The notes under the pieces: generated by a model | The model's input: the letters and a program-made list of their open reading frames with translations, nothing else | Told to the model about the DNA's origin: nothing | The model's database searches: none | Part shown: positions 59,692 through 64,000 of the stretch, one piece after another | How positions within the stretch are numbered: position 1 is the first letter of the stretch | How the letters are laid out: each line of letters begins with the position of its first letter | Assembly: GCF_009914755.1 (NCBI RefSeq) | Contig: NC_060945.1 | Length of the DNA stretch: 64,000 nucleotides | Reading direction: 5' to 3' (one strand) | Source of the DNA: the human T2T-CHM13v2.0 reference genome, Homo sapiens | Position numbers and translations under genes: made by a program

Positions 59692-60654
59692 CTGAGTTGT
59701 TTTAGCTCTTCTGCCTTGCATGCTGTTGCTATGGCTAATTTGTGGGTTGGTGGCACCTTCAGAGAGACAGTGAGATTTCCTACAGGGAAGTGTGTTATAA
59801 TTACTGTACGGAGGAGTCTCTTCAGCAGCAGCTGGTGGCATCTTATGGTTTGCAAGATTGGGAATATCAGACACCAAATTCCGACAGTAGCCTGCAAATT
59901 TGCTCCCCGGCCCCCCGTTTGCTGTCACTCCAGAGTTTTTCTGAGCATACAAGTCACCCAAGGAATTGGCTCTCTGACAGGTGCTGAGCTGCCGCGGACT
60001 CGCCCGCGTTTCCATCCCCCGAGCCTCCTCGCAGTCCTTCTCTTCGGCGGAACCCAAGATTTCTTCGTTGCTTGTTAAATGTTCTTGGCTCAGATCAGAG
60101 AGTGAGAATTCCAGGCTGTCCTCCCGCCAGATGTCTGCAGATTTGGAGCGTTTCTTCTTAAAGCTCGCCGTCTCCATGAAAGTGGGCCCATTGGATGTAT
60201 AGGAATGCTGCCTCCTGCCTCCCTCAGCCAAATATGTAGCGTCATCCCCGTAAAGCCTGCTCTCCTCAGTGTCTGGCATGCTCTGCACAGAGGCTGCTGT
60301 GAGGACGATGCTGCTGTCTACGCTGGGAGTGACAGAAGAGTCAGTGTAAGACACAGGTCTCAAGCCCATGTCCACTCGGTCCACCCAGATGGGGCTCCCG
60401 AAGTCTTCTAGGGTACCATCTTGGGAGAAGGGCTCCAGGCCATTTTCAGCCAGGGACTGGGGGATGCTGGGGGTGCTGCTGGATCGGGTGCTCACTTCGG
60501 AGTTCCTGTGGATCACCTTCCCCGAGGAAGCGTGCCTGGTCCTCCGCGTCTTGTGCGAGAGGCGCAGGGAGCGGGAAGTGTGCTTGCGCCCCAGGCTGGC
60601 ATGCTTTTCTCCATAAAACTCGTGCTCTACATGTTGACTTTCTGCGTTTCCCAT
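59692..60654 (-). CDS. TIAM1: TIAM1 first coding exon (aa 1-321): N-myristoylation start MGNAES, PEST-like Ser-rich region, 14-3-3-type motifs RSSSTP/RSKSAD/RANSLG
   Basis: The ORF MGNAESQHVEHEFYGEKHASLGRKHTSRS... is recognisable as the TIAM1 N-terminus. Acceptor tgcag| lies at 60666/60665, giving 11 nt of 5'UTR and a strong Kozak context aaaaccATGG. Donor CAG|gtaaag follows 59692. 963 coding nt, phase 0. Confidence 0.98.
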
Positions 60655-63256
60655 GGTTTTATGGTCTGCAGCAAAGCGGGGGGAAAGGGGAGAATTGAGT
60701 CACTATTAGTACAGGTATAGGCATCTTAGAGAAAGCGCTCAGCCTGCAGGGAGGGCAGAACACCTTGGCTCACAGGGGTTGTTAGGTAAGTAACAGCACA
60801 ACTTCCTATATGCACCTGGTAGGTTCTCGGACTCTTACCTGGGAGCAGGTGAACAGTAACATCATCTACTGAGACTGCCCCCTGAGATGTGAAATGAGCT
60901 CATAAATATGAGCATCAGAGAGTTAGACTTGTCTCTGCCCAGAGAGAAGATGGCCACAGGCCATAGCTGAGAGCGCTGCTTTTGGACAGCCAGAAACTCT
61001 GCTGACCTTGTCTTCCTTACTAAACATTTGAAGTTCTGCTCCTATCTATACATTGAAAACTCTGAAAGTACAAACCAAAATGTTCACCAAGGGAGTAATT
61101 TCTGTTTGAAATGATACACATATTTCAAAAAACAAAACTTAGAGGTGCATTTGGTAACCTCCTTCCCTCCCTGACAATGGGTACGTTTCGTTTTTTCATT
61201 TTTTTTTTTTTTTTTGGCTCTATTTGAGCTCTAATGATACTTCAAAATCAATCAAAAATGGAAAACCTCAAGGTGTAAGTCTGATCAACTTTTCCTAGTA
61301 AATCAAAGTCAAAAATTAAAAAAAAAAAGCTTTGACCTTTAATGTCACAGCCTTCTGAGAACCTGGATTTTGGGGCATTTGGGGAGGGCTATGGAGGGGT
61401 GGTGGGGATGGGCAAAACAAAATAGAAAAAAATAGAAACTCCGCTCTCTGCTTAGCAGTAGATTAATGGGTTTATTTCTGGGAGCAAATCCAACCTGTGA
61501 ACATTAATCTGGTACAGCATGCCCTGCAAACAGAAATTCACATTGTGAAACCACTAAGTGTGATTCCGCCTTCTGGGGCCCCCCAGGTTAATTCAAGTCC
61601 CTCCTTAATATTTTTACAGTCTCTCTCACTGACCCGATGACACAATTCTGTTACCCACAGTGGGAAAGAGAAAAATCTTCAAAGCTCGACAACTGTGACT
61701 CTACTTAGCCTATTCTTGTTCCATGAAGTCTCTCTAGCGCACTTCAAATTGTATGCACTTAAGATAACGCACATGAAAATAGCTGGAAAGGAAAGAAGAA
61801 AAACAGAGTAACTGGGCATATCTCTGAGGTGGTTCTTTTAACCACCTATAGAGCCATTCATTCAGAAAATACACATTGAGCACCTACCATGTTCTAGAAG
61901 CCAGAGATACAGCAGTGAACAAAAGGGACACATCCCCTACTCTCATGAAGCTAATTTCTAGCCAGGGAAGGCACGTGATAGACAAGAAAGTAAAAGCATC
62001 GTGGTGAAGCAGGAAGTGATATTACCGTGATCATTGCAAAGAGATCGAAAGAGCCTGGAACACAATATACCTTCACATTGATCCCAGACTTACTCTATAA
62101 TTCCACTGTTCAGGCTAAAACGTTGCTGAAACTCTCACCAGCACATCTTCACTGAAATAAAATTTGTGGCAACACAAAGGGAAACCCTCCATTGAATGTT
62201 CCAGTGAGTTCAGGGGTAACTCATACAGACACCAGATGTTAAGCTGTTCCCAGGCTGGAATATTCCCCACCAGGTCACACATCACAGGAATCTCAGAGGG
62301 AATTTTCCAATAAAGACAATCTCTTTTTTACTAGGAGCAAGTAGATTTCAAAGCAATATGTTCACGCTTCTCTGGTATCTTTAAGAAGCAAGAAAAAAGA
62401 TAAAAACGAAAAGATCAACGGTCTGTGCACAACCATTTATATTATCTAAATTCCTAAGAATGGTACATGCTACATTTCTTACAAGTAAAATAAATAAATA
62501 TGCATTTCAATAACACTAAAGGCTTTGACCAATGCCTTGGAGTTCTTTATTTTTTTAAAGTACATATTAAGATACCTGGATGTGCCTATGTAACTATATG
62601 TTTTGCCAATAAATAAAGACTTAGAACCAATGTTAGTCACAGCCCCATTTTAAGACTCACATAGGTTTAAATTTAAAAGAGGAAAGAACTATGAGGAAAT
62701 AAATTGAGTAAAAGGCAAAACTGTCGCCTCAAATATGCTAAGATTTACCCTCCTCTAGCACATATATCAAAAGTTTGCAAACATAAATTGACACATATAT
62801 TTTCAACAACAGCTTTCTGGTAAGGCTTGTTTCTGCCAACAGAAAACTCATCAAGTTAAAAGCCTCAGGAGAGGTTTCCTGAAGGAAATGGCCCCAACCT
62901 TCAAGAATTACCGCACTACATGCATCACGCTGATGGGTCTGTTATATTAATAGCATTTTTAGTAGCAAGATTCTTTTCAGCTGGCCAAGGTAGGAAAGAA
63001 GCCACTTTTATCTTCAGAACTAGAATGTAGAGAGGAATGCCAAATCTCCTAAATCCTACTAAGAGAAACTCTCAGGGGATGGCCTAAGGAGAGTGAGCAG
63101 GAAGTTTGAAGCAACTGAAGTTAAGAAAAATAAGTTTCTAGGGATTGCTGAAACACCCTTCAATTTGAAAGCTGTTCCTGAGAGGTTAATAAGAACGATG
63201 AAAGCCCATGTGGGATCAGCGGAGGACTCTGAAATAACATCAGCGTGAAAAGTTGA

Positions 63257-63653
<397 letters not shown>

Positions 63654-64000
63654 GATGAATTTTAAGTTTTACCCTTTCCATGTACAAATGTAAAATGCCA
63701 GCTACTTCCATCATCTTAATTTCTTCCTATTCAATCTTACTTAACCCTTTTTATTTTTATCTTCAACAAACAAAACCTGATTTGCATTTTATATTTGTGT
63801 GGGTTTTGTTGTTCCTGTAGCCCAAAGAAAGCAAATTCAGAGCAGAAATTAACTTTTACTTTTTTTACGGCTTCCACAAGACTAGAAATATTCCACGCAC
63901 GATAAAGCATCAGTAAATATCGGTGCATTTTAGTAACAAAAGCAAAAAGTGAAGGACCAGCACCTCACTAACATCATCACACAGTCACTAGGTAGGAGAG

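Overview
Primate, most likely human, genomic DNA from within the TIAM1 gene (Rac1 guanine-nucleotide exchange factor) on the minus strand. Eight spliced coding exons can be assembled by hand with GT-AG boundaries and a continuous reading frame (963+448+173+225+186+147+75+171 = 2388 nt, residues 1-796). They cover the myristoylated N-terminus, PEST/degron region, PHn-CC-Ex module and the start of the RBD; the gene continues past position 1. The rest is intron, packed with about 38 Alu elements or fragments, old L1/HAL1/L2/CR1/MIR remnants, THE1 and MLT1 solo LTRs, hAT/mariner MITEs and microsatellites. Repeat subfamily names come from recalled consensus sequences, and many repeat boundaries are approximate. 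There is no prokaryotic-type system or CRISPR array. The most unusual observations are: (i) a patchwork of four locally templated segments inserted inside an Alu at 36145-36469, apparently a fossil template-switching repair scar; (ii) an Alu and a 5' U6 snRNA fragment enclosed by a single 17-bp target-site duplication (TSD) at 28145-28509; (iii) tandem GTCACGTGG E-boxes next to the CpG-rich exon that carries Met393, the start of the activated C1199 form; (iv) a 75-nt in-frame exon bracketed by inverted Alus.
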